Below, piece by piece: positions 40,701 through 62,785 of a stretch of 64,000 nucleotides of DNA. Both the position numbers and the translations under genes were made by a program. The stretch is from Azolla caroliniana (taxonomy: Eukaryota; Plantae; Polypodiophyta). The notes beneath the pieces are model-generated. The model saw only the letters and a program-made list of their open reading frames with translations, was not told the DNA's origin and searched no databases. Where the stretch lies: positions 3,410,001-3,474,000 of the forward strand of contig JBHGNT010000016.1 in NCBI GenBank assembly GCA_043228905.1. The letters run 5' to 3'. Position 1 is the first letter of the stretch. Every line of letters starts with the position of its first letter.

Positions 40701-43700
40701 GTTTGGAATCTATGTGCTTCATTGCAATCATAAACAAATCAACTTCATTGCATTAGGTTATATATGAATTTGAAGATGTTATTAAAAGTTGAAGGTGTGC
40801 ATTGCAAATCTGCTCAGCCACCTTTGCAAAAGAAATAATTCTGGGCCCATGTATTTGGATATGATCCATGTGATTCTTGCAGGACAAGGCAACACTGGAA
40901 ATGGAGGCTATGGAGGAAGGATATTTGGCTACTATCCTTTGTGGTGATGGATCGAAAGACATACCTGTAGGACAGGTATTTTCAACTTTAATTTGCTGTA
41001 GTTTAGGTTTTAGCTGTGAATGTGCAAAGTGGCTTCATCGCAAATATCAATTCTATATACAACAGGCTATTGCTGTTATTGTGGATTCTGAGGATGAAGT
41101 TGCTGATTTTAAAGATTATAAAGCTACAAGTGATGCAGCCTCAAAGCCTCCCCCCCCACCAACCAAGAAGGAAGAGACTGTGAAGCCAAGCCCTCCAGCT
41201 GCACCTCCAAAACCAGATATACCACAAGCAAAGCCTGCCAGCCCAACAGCAGGGGCACGTGTCTTCGCCAGTCCTTTAGCACGAAAAATTGCCGAGGAAA
41301 AAAATGTAAGCTTTCTATCAGAGATTTGGAGATTCATTTGAGAGAATTGGTTGATTTAGTCCTGACTCTCTATAATTATAATTCGAAAGCTAAGAAAAAG
41401 GAATGCTAGTTATAACTTACGAACTTCCACCTGTATTTATGACAAGAGTAAGAATAAGCATAATGCTTGTTCATACTGTAGCACCGGAAGAGAAGAGTAA
41501 GAATAAGCATAATGCTTGTTCATACTGTAGCACCGGAAGAGCTGTAGATTTTTTTCCTTGTAGGTTATATTGTGCTTGTTCAATGCCTGAATCATAATTT
41601 TTCCTAAGTTTTTGGCATATCAGTTTTGTGTATTTGAGGCAGAATTGTTTAAAGGGTGTGGAATATAGCCCAGATTTGTATTCACAATAGATTATTGTTC
41701 AGTCCTGTTGATATTGTTATTAGTATACCTATGTTTGGGCATTAATAATATGCATAGGATACTATAGCATTTACACAAAGCCATTGATGATTTAGTTTGG
41801 TTTTAATTTTCATAAGACTTGGCATATATTCATAGCTAATTATTTTCTTTTATTTATTCCTTATTTTATGCATATGATTTCATCCCTCTTACTGTATTGC
41901 TTTGCATGTTTAAATTTTGGAAGCTCAAATTATTCTATTTCGTAAAGTTAAATATTATTCAAAGTGGGCAGTGTCAACTGTTGAGATAATATATATTCTT
42001 ATCCTGCAGATTGCTTTGTCAAGTTTGAAGGGAACTGGTCCAGATGGACGGATTATAAAAGCTGACGTGGAGGAATATCTAGGTGTTCATATGCTTACTT
42101 TAAAGCTGTATCTTCTGTATTGTGGTTTGTGATTTTGGAATCTGATTTTGATGTGTATTGTGTTCTTGCTTAGTGTCTGGCGAATCACATCAGAAACCAA
42201 TACAGCAGGATTTGAATTTCACAGACATTCCACACACTCAGATCAGAAGAGTAGGTTATAGTTGGATTTTAAACACATGCAGTTTTATATGACATAACAT
42301 TTTAATCAGAATAAGCAACAGTGTGCATTAATCTATGACAGATTACTGCCCAAAGGCTTTTATTATCAAAGCAAACTATTCCTCATTATTATCTGACAGT
42401 TGATGCACAGGTGGATAATTTGCTGACGTAAGTAAAAACATAGTCCTGGAATTGTAGTGACATGTTTACCAAGATTATACCCTGATCCATGAGAATGATT
42501 TGTTTTCAGGCTGAGAAGCAAGCTAAACAATCTCCAAGAAGCATCCGGAGGCAAGAGAATTTCTATAAATGATTTTATCTTAAAGGTGTGTATCAATTCT
42601 CTAAAATTATGCTTTCCGGAGTCTGGTACAGTGTCAATCAAGATGAAGGACCCGTTATGTGTGGTTTTTTCCTAGAATTTACACGATTAAGTTTCTGCTG
42701 ATAATTATACTTTAAGCTCACGTTTTTGTGTTTTCTTCTTTTTGGGTTTTTTAATTTACCCATTTCATGATCATAAGGTCAATCTCCTAAGTAATGCGCA
42801 TGTATTTCTCTTTCTCTCTGTCCATGCTTGTGTACATGATATGTATTTACACATGCATGCTTCCTGTATGTATGCAATCTATAAAGCTTAAGCTTTATGA
42901 ACATTGTATACATATAATTGCTATTGTTATACAATGACGTTTTTACTTTTTTGTCTTATTTTGGTATTTTTTGACTTTCCATGTTTCAATGTCTATTTTA
43001 GTTGATACATATTATATGTATATAATGAATCAACCTCTTTAACAGATATTTAAACTTGCCAGAGTAGTGCTAACCTGCATAATTATGTGCATGCTTTTAT
43101 TGGTTTTTCTTTTTCTTTTCTTTTTCATTTAGAACTTGATAGAAAGCTAACAGTTCATGACCATGTAACATGATGTGTTCAACTTTTATGGAGAAGTTGA
43201 TAGACTACCTTTGTAAAGCTACAAGTTTATGACTGTAATTTGATGTGCTTAACAGAACTACCATGTATTTATTTTTAGGCTGCAGCAAAGGCGCTAAAAA
43301 AGGTTCCAGAATGTAACAGTTCTTGGACAGATGACTTCATCCGACAGTAAGAATTAATTTTGTTTTAGCTTCCAGTTCTTAGGTCTTTTGAATAGGATGG
43401 ATGTAACATATATACATTATGCATCAGGTATCATAATGTAAACATCAGTGTTGCCGTGCAAACAGATTTTGGTCTACTTGTACCAGTTGTTCAAGTACGT
43501 TTATGGTAACTACTTTATTTTGTTTCAGTCAGTTGGTCATTCTTGACTCACATAATTGTTGTGCTACTCAGAATGCAGATAAAAAAGGTCTTTCTGAGAT
43601 TGCAGAAGATGTGAAAACATTAGCAGACAAGGCTAAGAAGAACAGCTTAAAACCTGCGGATTATGAGGTAAAGGATAACCTAAGTGCTAGTTAATATTCA

Positions 43701-44462
43701 AATTATTGTTGTCCTTTAATTTCAATTTTTCTTTTGTACTTGTGTTACAGGGTGGAACTTTTACAGTCTCCAATCTTGGAGGACCATTTGGTGTCAAACA
43801 GTTCTGTGCTATTATCAATCCACCTCAGGCTTGCATTCTTGCAGTGGGTACAAGTAAGTGATTCTGATACAGGCCAAATTAAGAAAAATGTCTGAGGAAA
43901 CATTTTGCAGTTATTTTTTGAGCATATAAATTATCATGATTAAACTGAATGCCAATATGGAAGGATAAGCATTGAACCTTGTATAAAATGATTCTAGGCT
44001 ATAGGTTAGAAAGCTAGAAATCAAGTGACAAGTAAATCTTGCATGGTTCATGAAATAATTTGTGGGTCCAGCATGTAGAAACTGAAGTTAATGTGCAAGA
44101 TGAAGCATTGAACCTTGTATAATGGTTTAAAGCATTATGGTACTAACAGAAAATCAGGTTGCAAAGTAGTCCTTCCACAGTTAATGATACAATTTGTGGT
44201 TTTCACCTTTTGCAGCGGAAAAACGTGTTATAAGTGACTCACAAGGTGGATTCACTTCTGGGTCATTCATGTCTGCCACTTTGAGCTGTGACCATAGAGT
44301 TGTAGATGGTGAGTTGCATCTAGTGTACTTGCAGAAACCACATATTTTCTTGCATTTATGTTTCTAATAAACAAATGGATTATTTGCATAGGTGCTATTG
44401 GAGCTCGATGGCTGGGTGCTTTCAAGGGCTACATTGAGGATCCAGTCACCTTGCTTCTTTGA
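37708..44462 (+). CDS. Mitochondrial pyruvate dehydrogenase E2 (dihydrolipoyllysine acetyltransferase), single lipoyl domain
   Basis: Exons 37708-37810, 38970-39056, 39577-39648, 39780-39832, 39915-39989, 40883-40975, 41066-41305, 42010-42082, 42174-42250, 42342-42427, 42510-42585, 43279-43346, 43428-43494, 43572-43667, 43751-43853, 44216-44308 and 44392-44462. Motifs: R/S-rich presequence, MPSLSPTM, lipoyl ETDKAT, E3-binding [25 protein letters not shown] and catalytic DHRVVDGA. The first three exons are less certain. Confidence 0.95.
41444..41541. repeat. 49-bp perfect tandem duplication in an E2 intron
   Basis: aagagtaagaataagcataatgcttgttcatactgtagcaccggaagag occurs twice in tandem. Confidence 0.93.
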
Positions 44463-47068
44463 ACGGTTCCAGAAGTTTGAAACTAACATGAAGACCGAGG
44501 TACAAGTGTATCTCAAATAATATTCATGACATGAGAAGGGGACATTATGTTCAAAAGGGGTTCCTCATTTTTTCCGCTTGTGGGTTAGAATACCCCCTCT
44601 GCTTGTAGCTAGATATTTCTCGCTTACAAAATAAGGAAAATATTTTTGTGCAAATGAGTGAATGATTTTGTTTTGAATAAATATATGGGTTGCTGTTAAC
44701 TGCAGATAAGAGTTACTTATCTCAATCACAAAGGACAAACCTGCTTTTCATTCTTATTAGAAATTGTATTAGAAATACAGAAATACAAATCTGAGTAAAT
44801 CTTGATGAGATGAGATAATGTGAATGTGCAATATATTGCCACCATGACTACATAACCTTTTAATTAGGTGAAGATAATGAAATTTAGTAGTATCTTAAAT
44901 GCAGTTGTGTGGAGCAAATGCAGTTTGGAAATAGAGAAGCTACATCTCATTATGAATGTAGTTGTCACTTAGTTGAGAAGTTCCATCTTGTTATGGTGGT
45001 AGTGCGGTTCCAATTATATTAGCATCAGTCAGAACGAGAACTCAATCGTGTGTTCATTTGTTGCATAACCTTAATCAACTCATTATGCTGTGCTCTTTGT
45101 TGGCATCGATGAAAATGAATAATTTGTATGGCCCTAAAATCTTGAAGGGGCTTTCTTTATAAAGATAAATGAAATCAAATAGACAATTGAGAGATATAAC
45201 CTTATTGATTGAGTAGAAAATTAAACCACCCCTTCATTTATTCAAGCAACTTCATTTACATAATGCTGTGGAATTGTAGCCTTCAACTTGTAAGCTTGAA
45301 CTAAATGAACTAGTTTCAATCATTATGCTCTATCACTAATTCTGAAACTGATCTTAATACCGGCTCACCTTATATTGGCTTGTGGAACATGGATGCGTAA
45401 GCCAGCATGACAGGAAGAGCTGTGTGAGGCCTATATCTCATGCAAAGTTCAGGAGCCAAGCCCCGTCAGTAATGGTGTGGCTTAGGTTACTGTGTACTTC
45501 TAGTCCCACTTTACTACGTGAAGGCACTCTATAATATTCAATGAAACCATTATAATACAGGGACAAAAGTCATGAGTTCGATCGGGAAATAAATCGCCTG
45601 CCATTCATGCTTAATCTGCATGTGGAAATCGCAATGACCTAATCATTCTATTGGCTGGTAGAACATGAACGAGTAAGAATTGGTTAACCCTGTGAATGAG
45701 TAATATATAAGCATAGTTGCCAAGGCCAGGATATACAAGATATCGTCCACAAACTGGTGAGGTCATAATGAATACATGACTTTGAGGCAAGAACAGCTTT
45801 GAGGTTACGGTTGATAATGACTACAAGTTACTACCAAAAATAATACAATCTGGGTTTGCTAGTGCACTGCCACACCAACATGGACAAACTTCTAAGACAA
45901 GTTAGCATTATTCAAGTTCCTCTAATCACCACTACCCAGATTATTGAACAAGACAATATGACATTGCCAGCTGGTAGAGTGGTGCCAATAGGTTGTACAT
46001 TAAATCTCATGAAATTCTAGATGGAAAGTTTCCATCATTTCTGTAACAGAAGTTCTTACTGCCACACCCTTTCCTCTCTTTCTCAATGAATTATTGATAT
46101 TCTTTCACCATTGTCTCTTCTAACTTTACATCCATAACCAAGCTCTTCAGAGCTAAAGTCAGAACACAATGTAGCTCGTTCATACACAGTACAAGCACAC
46201 TTACAAAAGGAATGTCTAGGCCAGGCACAAGACGAAAATAAATTTCAGACCAAATGTTATATTATACAAGGCAACTATTGATATAGCAAATATTATACAA
46301 CGATCTGAAGATTATAAAACACATGGGGTGCTATAGCAACCAAAAGCATTTTAGATGATAATCGTGATCCCCATAGTAGCCCGTCAAATTTATATCCATG
46401 ACAGTTCATTAAGATTACACCATCAACATGTAAAAACTTTCAAATGAAATTTCTCCATTGCAGAAACAGTGCAATAAATATTTAATGAAAGCCCATCACG
46501 ATGCTTGGAAGGTAGTAACAGCATCTAGATTCTTGGGCGGTAGTAACAGCATCAAGATGCTCGAAAGGTTAAGTCTGCTGCTGTTACTGATCTTGTCTAT
46601 CCAGTAAATTAATACTAGTAAGAAAGTGATCCTTCTGTAAGGCTAAGGCAGAGAAAATCAACATATCCAACTGCGTCTTATGCTTAACAATTCCTTGTTA
46701 AGTAGATCAAACTCCTCAACAAAATACAATCTGCCATTTGACAGTTCCGAAAAGACAACGAGAACTTGTATACGGAAGCACCACCACAACAAAAGGACTC
46801 GCAACATTAGATGTATTTACATTAAATCCACAACCTTGCATGCTCTCATGTGACAGCAACACGAGTGGATCAACTGTATATAGATCCCTTCATTTGCAAA
46901 TTGCAACTTGTAAACAGAAAATCCACATCAAGTTACAAATGCAACGGAATACCCCGCATTAGCAGAATACAACGAAGACTCACTAGGTAAAATCCATGAG
47001 TCACGAAAAGAATCCCCTGCTTGTCTATAACAAGTATGTTTGTTCATTAATATAGCTCTCAATCTCAT

Positions 47069-54959
<7,891 letters not shown>

Positions 54960-55042
54960 GGTGAGCTCTTCCTTTTGGCCACCTGTTTTTTCTGTACCAG
55001 TGAGCTGGAAGAATATTTATTATAGAAACAGACTCTTTTCTT

Positions 55043-55075
<33 letters not shown>

Positions 55076-55451
55076 ACTACTACTACTATTACTGTAACTA
55101 TTGATGAGTTTGTTTGACTGCAACTACCGCTGATTACCTCGTCTTCTTTGTTTTGATCAATCCTCCACCTTCTGTCTTCCTTCTTTTTCACTTTCTGCCT
55201 TCACAGCAGAATTGGAGTTTGAAAGAGTGGTGACAGTTTGAGCTCAAGACACAGGACAGGGTAAGAAAGAGAAGGGCAGTGCTTCCGTGCGTTTGCATCT
55301 GGACATATGCGATGGTGCGTGGCCACCGAGACGGGAGGCAGAGAGACAGAGACAGAGACAGAGAAACGAAATGGCGTTTTAGGGTTTTCAGAGGAGGGAG
55401 ATCCCTTCCGGGAGCAGGACTTCTAAAAAGGCTTGAAATGGGGTGCTCCCT

Positions 55452-55466
55452 GCATTTTATATAGAC
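55452..55466 (-). promoter_or_regulatory. Putative TATA box of NRPB1
   Basis: The minus strand reads ctatataaaatgc about 500 nt upstream of the ATG, next to a (CT)n tract. Confidence 0.55.
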
Positions 55467-55480
55467 ATATAGAGAGAGAA

Positions 55481-55513
<33 letters not shown>

Positions 55514-55841
55514 TGGGTTGGACCGTTGGCCGGTTTCACACTTGTCCGTTATCATCCATCGTCTCGTCGTCCACCTAATGTCCGCTGCCTCTGGCTCTCG
55601 TATCCTCCCGTCTTATCGCGCATGTCCTGCCTGGTTTGGCCCCCATGTGCCCTCACGTGATACCGAAACTCTCTATCTCCATATTCGCACCCCCCCCCCC
55701 CCCCACCTTCCCTGCAACAACACCTTTTGGCTTCTGTAGCAATAGACTGCATTGACATATTGGGTTGGAGTTTATGCATCATGAACATTTTCTGGCTCCA
55801 ATGATCTTTCGAGGAACTCTGAGCCGAATAATAGTTGTACT

Positions 55842-55873
<32 letters not shown>

Positions 55874-55949
55874 ATTGTAATTAACTTACCCTAATGGTAA
55901 GTTGCAATGTTTCCAGTCTCATAGGTCGGTCATATTTGACCTCTAAAGA

Positions 55950-55983
<34 letters not shown>

Positions 55984-58199
55984 AATTTGGCCTTAGAGGA
56001 CGTTAATATATCTTTCTTTCTTTCTTTCTCTCTCTCTCTCTCTCACATTTTTTTTTTTGTACTTAGCTTACCCTAGTGGTAAGTTGTAACACCACTATCA
56101 CTATCTATTGGGTTCAAAACCCAGTTTTCTTGCCACTCTCTTAATCCATATATATCCTCTTAATTTTACCGAATACAACATTATTCATTTGAGAAAACTT
56201 CCAAATTACTCTTGAAATTGTTCCTCGTTTCTCAAATGCCCAAATATCGTCGTTATTGATGTCAAACCATTTGAAAGTAAAACTCACTCCAATGTACCTT
56301 GTTCAAGGTACACAGTGTGTAGTAATCCCTTGATCGCCCAAGAATTACGGGAGGGATACATGAGGACAAAGATAATTGTTGCGAACGATATGTGTTGTGC
56401 AACATTGTTAAAAAAGATCGCTTGTTGACCAACACTAAAAGAAGTTTCACTTGTTAAAAAAGAAAAAGCTCCCTCAGAGAAGTTTCAACAAAAGTGAATG
56501 ATGAATTATTAATTGAGGAGAAATTTGATCGAATGTTACTAGCGCCAAACCATATATTCTTATACCAACATGGATTTCTTTTGAGATATTGTTTGTTTAT
56601 GAAGTAGATAGAGGACATCCAAGGTACGTGTGGAGGCCACTACAATGTCACATGAATTTTATACATCAATACATGTGGATTGATGTTCATGTGATAGCTA
56701 GGTGGAGCATGCTTTTTCATGACCTTTGTCGAGCAAACACAAGGAATGCACCCTTGAAGACAAAGGATGAGAACTCCTACTTCGAGATGAGATTGCCTGA
56801 TGTGGATTATGAGAAAGGTCTAAGGATGAAGGCTCCTAACTAGATAACGGTGGGAAGTAGAATTCCAAAGCATTATGGAATCTTCATAAAGAGGAAGAAA
56901 TTTGACAATATATGACAACCCCATACACTCTGACATAGAATAGTATCATCAAATGAACAAACCAAAAATCTAAGAGGGGGTCACGTCAATGGCAAAACAC
57001 ACAAATCTTGATGATTTGTTTCAAATTGAGGTTGCTCGAATTGGGGCAACATCTAGATAAGAAAGAGAAATGTGATATCGTCATCTCTCCTTCCATTCGT
57101 ATGAAGTAGCTTTTAGGACATTATGCGGAAGACAAAACACCCTTGACATAATGTGCATTGGGATTAGGAATTCAATGGTAATGATAGGAGTATAGTAGTT
57201 AGTTTCTAGTGGCTAGTTTGTTAGGTGGTGTTTGCTTAGTAAAGCGGTGACTATATTAGAGACCACCATCACAAACCACAGGATAACAGAAAGCAACTAC
57301 AATGAACCTCTCAAATTATGGCAAATGAACAAAACATGAGTGAATGACTTGTGGTTCTTGTTACCCCATGGGATGTACACGAGGCGTTAAATTCAATGGG
57401 TTCTCACCGATTTAACCTACAATTAGAGATTCCTCGTTAATTCATTGTGTCAAGGCTTGGGTAGGTAATGCCCAATTGTCTTCAAGGCGTGCAAGAGAGT
57501 GTTTTAAACACTCTTGAGCATATTGACATAGTGAACTAATATTACATGATGAATTGCCTCCTCTCCCTCGCTCAAACATGTGTCACTCGCTTCTATGTTG
57601 CTGACGTAACCTTATGGACTAATTCTAAAGTTACTTTTAACGGTTCAAGGGTATGATAAGTGGGAAACCAATGATCATGGGACATGGCACAAACCCATAA
57701 AGACTTATGACACTGTGTGAGAAATATGATTGTATAGATTAAATAGATATTTACTCCATAAGAAACATATAAGGTGTCTCGATTAAGTAGACAAATACCG
57801 AACATGTACGTTATGTTGCACCAAACATCTACTGAAGCCATAGTTAGATGTTTTATAGTCTCAATTAAATTAATCCTATCGCTAAGCAAAATTACATATT
57901 GTGCTCCATGTTCCGTGGTAGATTACAAAGCCCAACCAAGTTCTTTACTCAAATCCATAGTTAGATGTTTGTAATCCCAACTAAAACAATCCTATCCTTA
58001 AGCAATTATTCCATGGTGGATTAGAAATCCAAAGTTCTCTCTCTTCATTTTTGTCTCTTGTTCCTTGGTATGAATGTCAATATGATGCCCTTGGAAAGGA
58101 AGGAAAGTGTAGTATGTGGTAGTTACTCAACAAGAGATTCTCAATAGTGGTGGTTGTTAATGAATCGTAGAACTAGTGGTTAGGGATTGTGATAATTAA

Positions 58200-60310
58200 T
58201 CACTAGTTAGTTGGATTGTTGATTGATTACTAGTTGAGGCCAAAATCATGTGTTTAGAGTGTGTATAAATGATTGTAATACATGGTCATTAGCAAGATAT
58301 GAATGGAGTTCTATTGCTCCCATGTCATTGAAATGTAGATCCCTACACTAGGTGGGTGTGCACATAGTGTGTTGATGTATATGCACTTTTATGTAATTTG
58401 CAAAATCCCCACCATATGTTGGTATTTAATAAGAGATTGATGTAAATAGAATGCATTAGAGAGAAAGGCAGATCGGGTTAGCCTAGTCTGGACCCTCTAA
58501 GCCCAAGTATATCCATTAGGAACTTAGGATTTTGTATGAATGACAATGTGTTGTGCCCTGGTAAGAGAGAGCACTTGTAAACATCTTGCACCTACTATTG
58601 TGACTAGTGAAGCTTCAACATCATGCAGTGAACTTGTGTACTATCTTGTCGTGTCTTTGAGTTTTTGTGATAATGGAAACATTCATATTGTTTCTTCTAG
58701 TCATTATGTAAGACAATTTTATAAGGTGTTAAGGGATTAGGTTAAAATATAGGTTACCCTTGCTCCAACAAATTATCCCCCATACAAGGGTTTTATGACA
58801 TCGTCTTGAAAATATTGCAAGACGTAGGTCATTTCTCATGTGTAATACGTGACCACTTTCACTTACCTATAAGTTTACCTCATTCATATATAGGTTAGTC
58901 TTTATGACTATTGAAGGGCATATGTTGTGATGTGGCATGTGCAAAGGGAGAAAAATGCTTAAGCCCTAAGTTTTATAATAGGTCAAGGTTACATTTGAAG
59001 AATAAATCGAAAAAACATGAAGGATATAAGGATCAAATTAATAAACCAACAAATAATGATATTTGCACGCTAAGAGTTAACCACTTGAACGATAAGGTTC
59101 AAATATTGTTAATGGTAATAGATGGGAAAAGGGTGATATAGACTCTAGAGTACACAACTAATATATAAGAAGAAGGTTTAAGGTATACAATAAAAACTAA
59201 AAGGGAAAGGTACTTTTGCAACACTAGAAGTTACTTTTATGGTAATTGGGCCCTTGGAACCTATAAAGGGAGGATGTGAGCTCATTGTTAGGGATAGTCA
59301 CTTTGTGATTGAAGGCTTGTACTTTGTGATTGATAGTCATTGTGTCAATTAATGATTTCACCCACATATCATAGGAGCGTGGGATATTTGTGACGGTAAA
59401 GATGACATGTTGATCAAAACTCTTCGCGCCTATTCTTAAGGATTTTTTCCATATCTTCTCGTTTTTTTTTCAATATCAAAATCTAGACACCTTGAGTCGT
59501 GTAAGGAGGTTGACGATTTTAACCTTTGATTGTATATTGTTGCAAGTTTCTTAGGGTCTTAGGTTACCGTGGATTGTTGTATTTTCTGTTAATATTTTTT
59601 GTGCACTTAGGAAATATTAATTAAACCTAATTCGATTTATGTTTGATTGAGAATAGAAGCATTAAGCATGGAGCTTCATGTGAAATAACATAAAATCACA
59701 CGAGGCGATGTTGAAATGTATATACTTGATTGTTCAATGTGTAAGTGCATAGAATTTTTGTGTGAGAGTCCATATGGGATTTTCATATTATCAGTTTGAG
59801 TTTTAGGAGAAATTACATGTGAAAACATTTTCTTGAATGACACGAGTCAAATCAGTAACACCAAGCCCTACAACCCAGTGTCCATGCAACCTGACACATT
59901 CGTGCTTTCACTGGGCGAAGAGGAGATAAGCACACAAGTCACGTATAATGTTAGAGAAGAGTACATGTGGGCATATTATTTAAGTCCTGCATTGAACACG
60001 TGAGAGTGGTCTTCCTACCCAATAACTGAATCAACCACAACACCCAACAAAGACTGGGCACGTGAAGGACCCTCTAATTTGAGAATTTGTAGCTAGCCCA
60101 ACACATGAAGGTCACTTGAGTCGTGTAATTCAAGGTGCTCAATAATTGATTTGGCTTCTAACTCTCGAAGGTGACAAGTACAACTAATGTTTCAACCTCC
60201 CAACCCTTGAAGGTGAGAGTTTGCAAGGAAATGAGTACAATGAGAAAGCTAGGATCAGGGCTCGAGCTTTGAGTCGAAACTTGAAACCAAAGCTCGGAGG
60301 CTACTTTGCG
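58200..60310 (+). mobile_element. Decayed LTR-retrotransposon-like debris
   Basis: Two LTR-like promoter modules (gtgtataaatg..ttgtaa at about 58262, cctataaagggagg..cattgtt at about 59260) and a PPT-like gctcggaggct at about 60292. No coding domains recognised. Confidence 0.3.
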
Positions 60311-62199
60311 CACCTTTCACTCCATACACATGCAATAACATTACCTTTTGATGTTTTTCCTCCTCAACAGAGACAAATGCACACACTTACTTTCCACACA
60401 AATTTACATACCCATCTATATACCTTCACATACACATGCATTTCCTTACAAAAACGATTATATACATAAAATTACATACATCTATGCCCACACATTAGCA
60501 CATAGTATGAACCATACGTATCATACGTGCATTCTCATACGAGTATGGTAAATACCATACTTTTGTATTCATTATTATAAGGTAAATGTTTTCTTTTAAG
60601 GTAAGAAAGTTAAGGTAAAAAGTGTAAAAAAAAACACGAGAATGTTTTGATAACATACGCAATCGGCTTCATTCGTATGAAAAGGAATGTTTGCCAATGC
60701 ATTCGAGTATATTAGGTACTATGCATTAGCATACATATATATATATATATATATATATTGGATAAATTTATAATAACATAAACATGTATGAGTATAATAT
60801 ATACATATATTATAAATTTATCCAACACATAAATATAAACGTACATAATATTATATACTAACATAACACGCAAGCACACACACATTACACTTATACATAA
60901 TCTCCTCTCACTTATCAAAACACACATTTACCTCCATAGAGTCTAGACATTAAAAATATGCATAAAGAAAAAATGCATTTACTCATACATAATCACGCAC
61001 ACATTCATAAACAAATTATACCTTAAACTCGACACGTGCATAAGTATTTACATGCACTTTAGACATATAAATATATAGCACTCTTACATATACATATCTA
61101 CGATAATTTCACACACTTAAGCAAATGCACTCAACGTGATTTTCTACACAAACTTTTGCTAAAAAATACCTTATTGTGAATCAAAAGTTCGTCGAAGTGC
61201 TCAAGTGCACAAGACATTGGACTAAGATATACTACCCACTTTAGTAGAGCATGTCAACAAAGAACCCAAAGTTATCAAGAAGCCCACGTTGAATGGGTGC
61301 CATTACAAATAGCATCTCTCATAACTCTTCAACAACAAACCATCTTCCTTGGTTCAAGTTCCTAGTGGTCCTACTCAATTTCACAAGCACGCGTGTAACT
61401 TTGTGACAACGTGTATTTAGAATAAGTTCATGCCACATTAGCTTGCATGACACAAATTTCTATCATGGAAACCATGAAATTTCTATTATGCAACATTGAT
61501 TTGTATATGTGGAGAACATGCGAAATAAACAAGTTAGCTTCTAGTATCAAGCTAGTGGTACTCATTTCACACTTAGTTTGACAAGCAAGAATCAAATAAA
61601 ATACATAAATTCGATCACAAGGATCATACAACCCGAGGTTTAAACGCGTTCATTCAGTCAAGCTTGTGAATCATGTAGAAAACATGGGTTATATTCATCC
61701 ACAATATCTATCGAACATGGTGTTTATCTTGTTTTTGCCATGATGAAGAGTAAGTCGGAGGAGAGAGGGGAATGTCCCGAGTGAAATTTTTTTTTCGCTC
61801 CCCTTTTAAAATCAATCACGCTTTTCCTTGTAGAAGTTTCATAGCAAGAGAGCTAGCTACTATCCGAGTCCTCCAACTCAGCATATAAAAAGTGTAGCAG
61901 TTTTTGTGTTGTGGGTGCACCTAATATGTGCACCCCAAAAAAAGTCTACCAAAAGGAAGGTGGAAGGAGACAAAAAAAAGCCCCCCCTCCCCCCACCAGG
62001 GAAAAGCGAAAAAAGCCAAAAAGCCAAAAAGCAAAAAGGGAGAAGAAAAAAGAAATAAAAGGGAAAAATTTGGACCGAAAAATCATTTTTTTTTACCCTC
62101 ATTTCTTACATATTTGTTTTCATAATCTAATTTTTATTTTTAAATTCTTTTATAATTGTTTCTTGGGAGACAGGCTGGCGGGGGGGGGGGGGCGATCTG

Positions 62200-62360
62200 A
62201 ATGCCAGCTGTCCAGCTGGCGCCGGCCCTTGCCAGGTGGCGATGACGTGGCAGCCAGCCAAAGGCAAGCCTCCCCTCGTCCACGTGGCGCGAGGGAGACA
62301 CGTCATCGAGGAGTGGCTGGCGGTGGCCGTGACGTGGCAGGTAGGCACCCACGTGGGCTG
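62200..62360 (+). promoter_or_regulatory. Cluster of ACGT-core (G-box/ABRE/C-G hybrid) bZIP sites upstream of NDL
   Basis: tgacgtggc at 62243, ccacgtggc at 62280, gacacgtcat at 62297, tgacgtggca at 62330 and cccacgtggg at 62348. Confidence 0.7.
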
Positions 62361-62785
62361 TCTGTTCTGTGTGTGTGTGTGTGTGTCTCTCTGTCTCTCT
62401 GTGTCTCTCTCTGTTTCTCTCTCTGTCTCTGTCTCTGTCTCTGTTTCTCTCTGTCTGTCTGTCTGTCTCTGTTTCTCTGTGTTTTTGTGCATTTATTCAT
62501 CTTCATCTTCATCTTCATCTTCATCTTCACTCATCCTTTGTCTCCTCCCTCTTGCTTCCTTCTGCTTCACTCTTCCTGCTTCCTTCCTTCTGCTTTTGGA
62601 TCATTCTGTTACCTATTTTACTCCTCACCCCAAACCCCTTTTCAATACTATAATGTATATATATACATATAGGTCTGCTTAATCTCTAAGCTTTCTCTCC
62701 CTCTGTTCATCGCTTTTCCGTGTCAGATCAGTTCAAAAACACCATCGTCTCCATCTCCATCTCCATCTCCATCTCAACAGAAAAA

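Noticed and set aside
44470-47060. Possible ncRNA or hidden gene between E2 and NRPB1
   Set aside because: I recognised no ORF, tRNA, snoRNA box pair or long fold-back. It is most likely UTR and intergenic sequence.
61878-62682. Several overlapping 65-253 aa ORFs
   Set aside because: They arise from microsatellites and a GC-rich promoter island and translate to low-complexity sequence.
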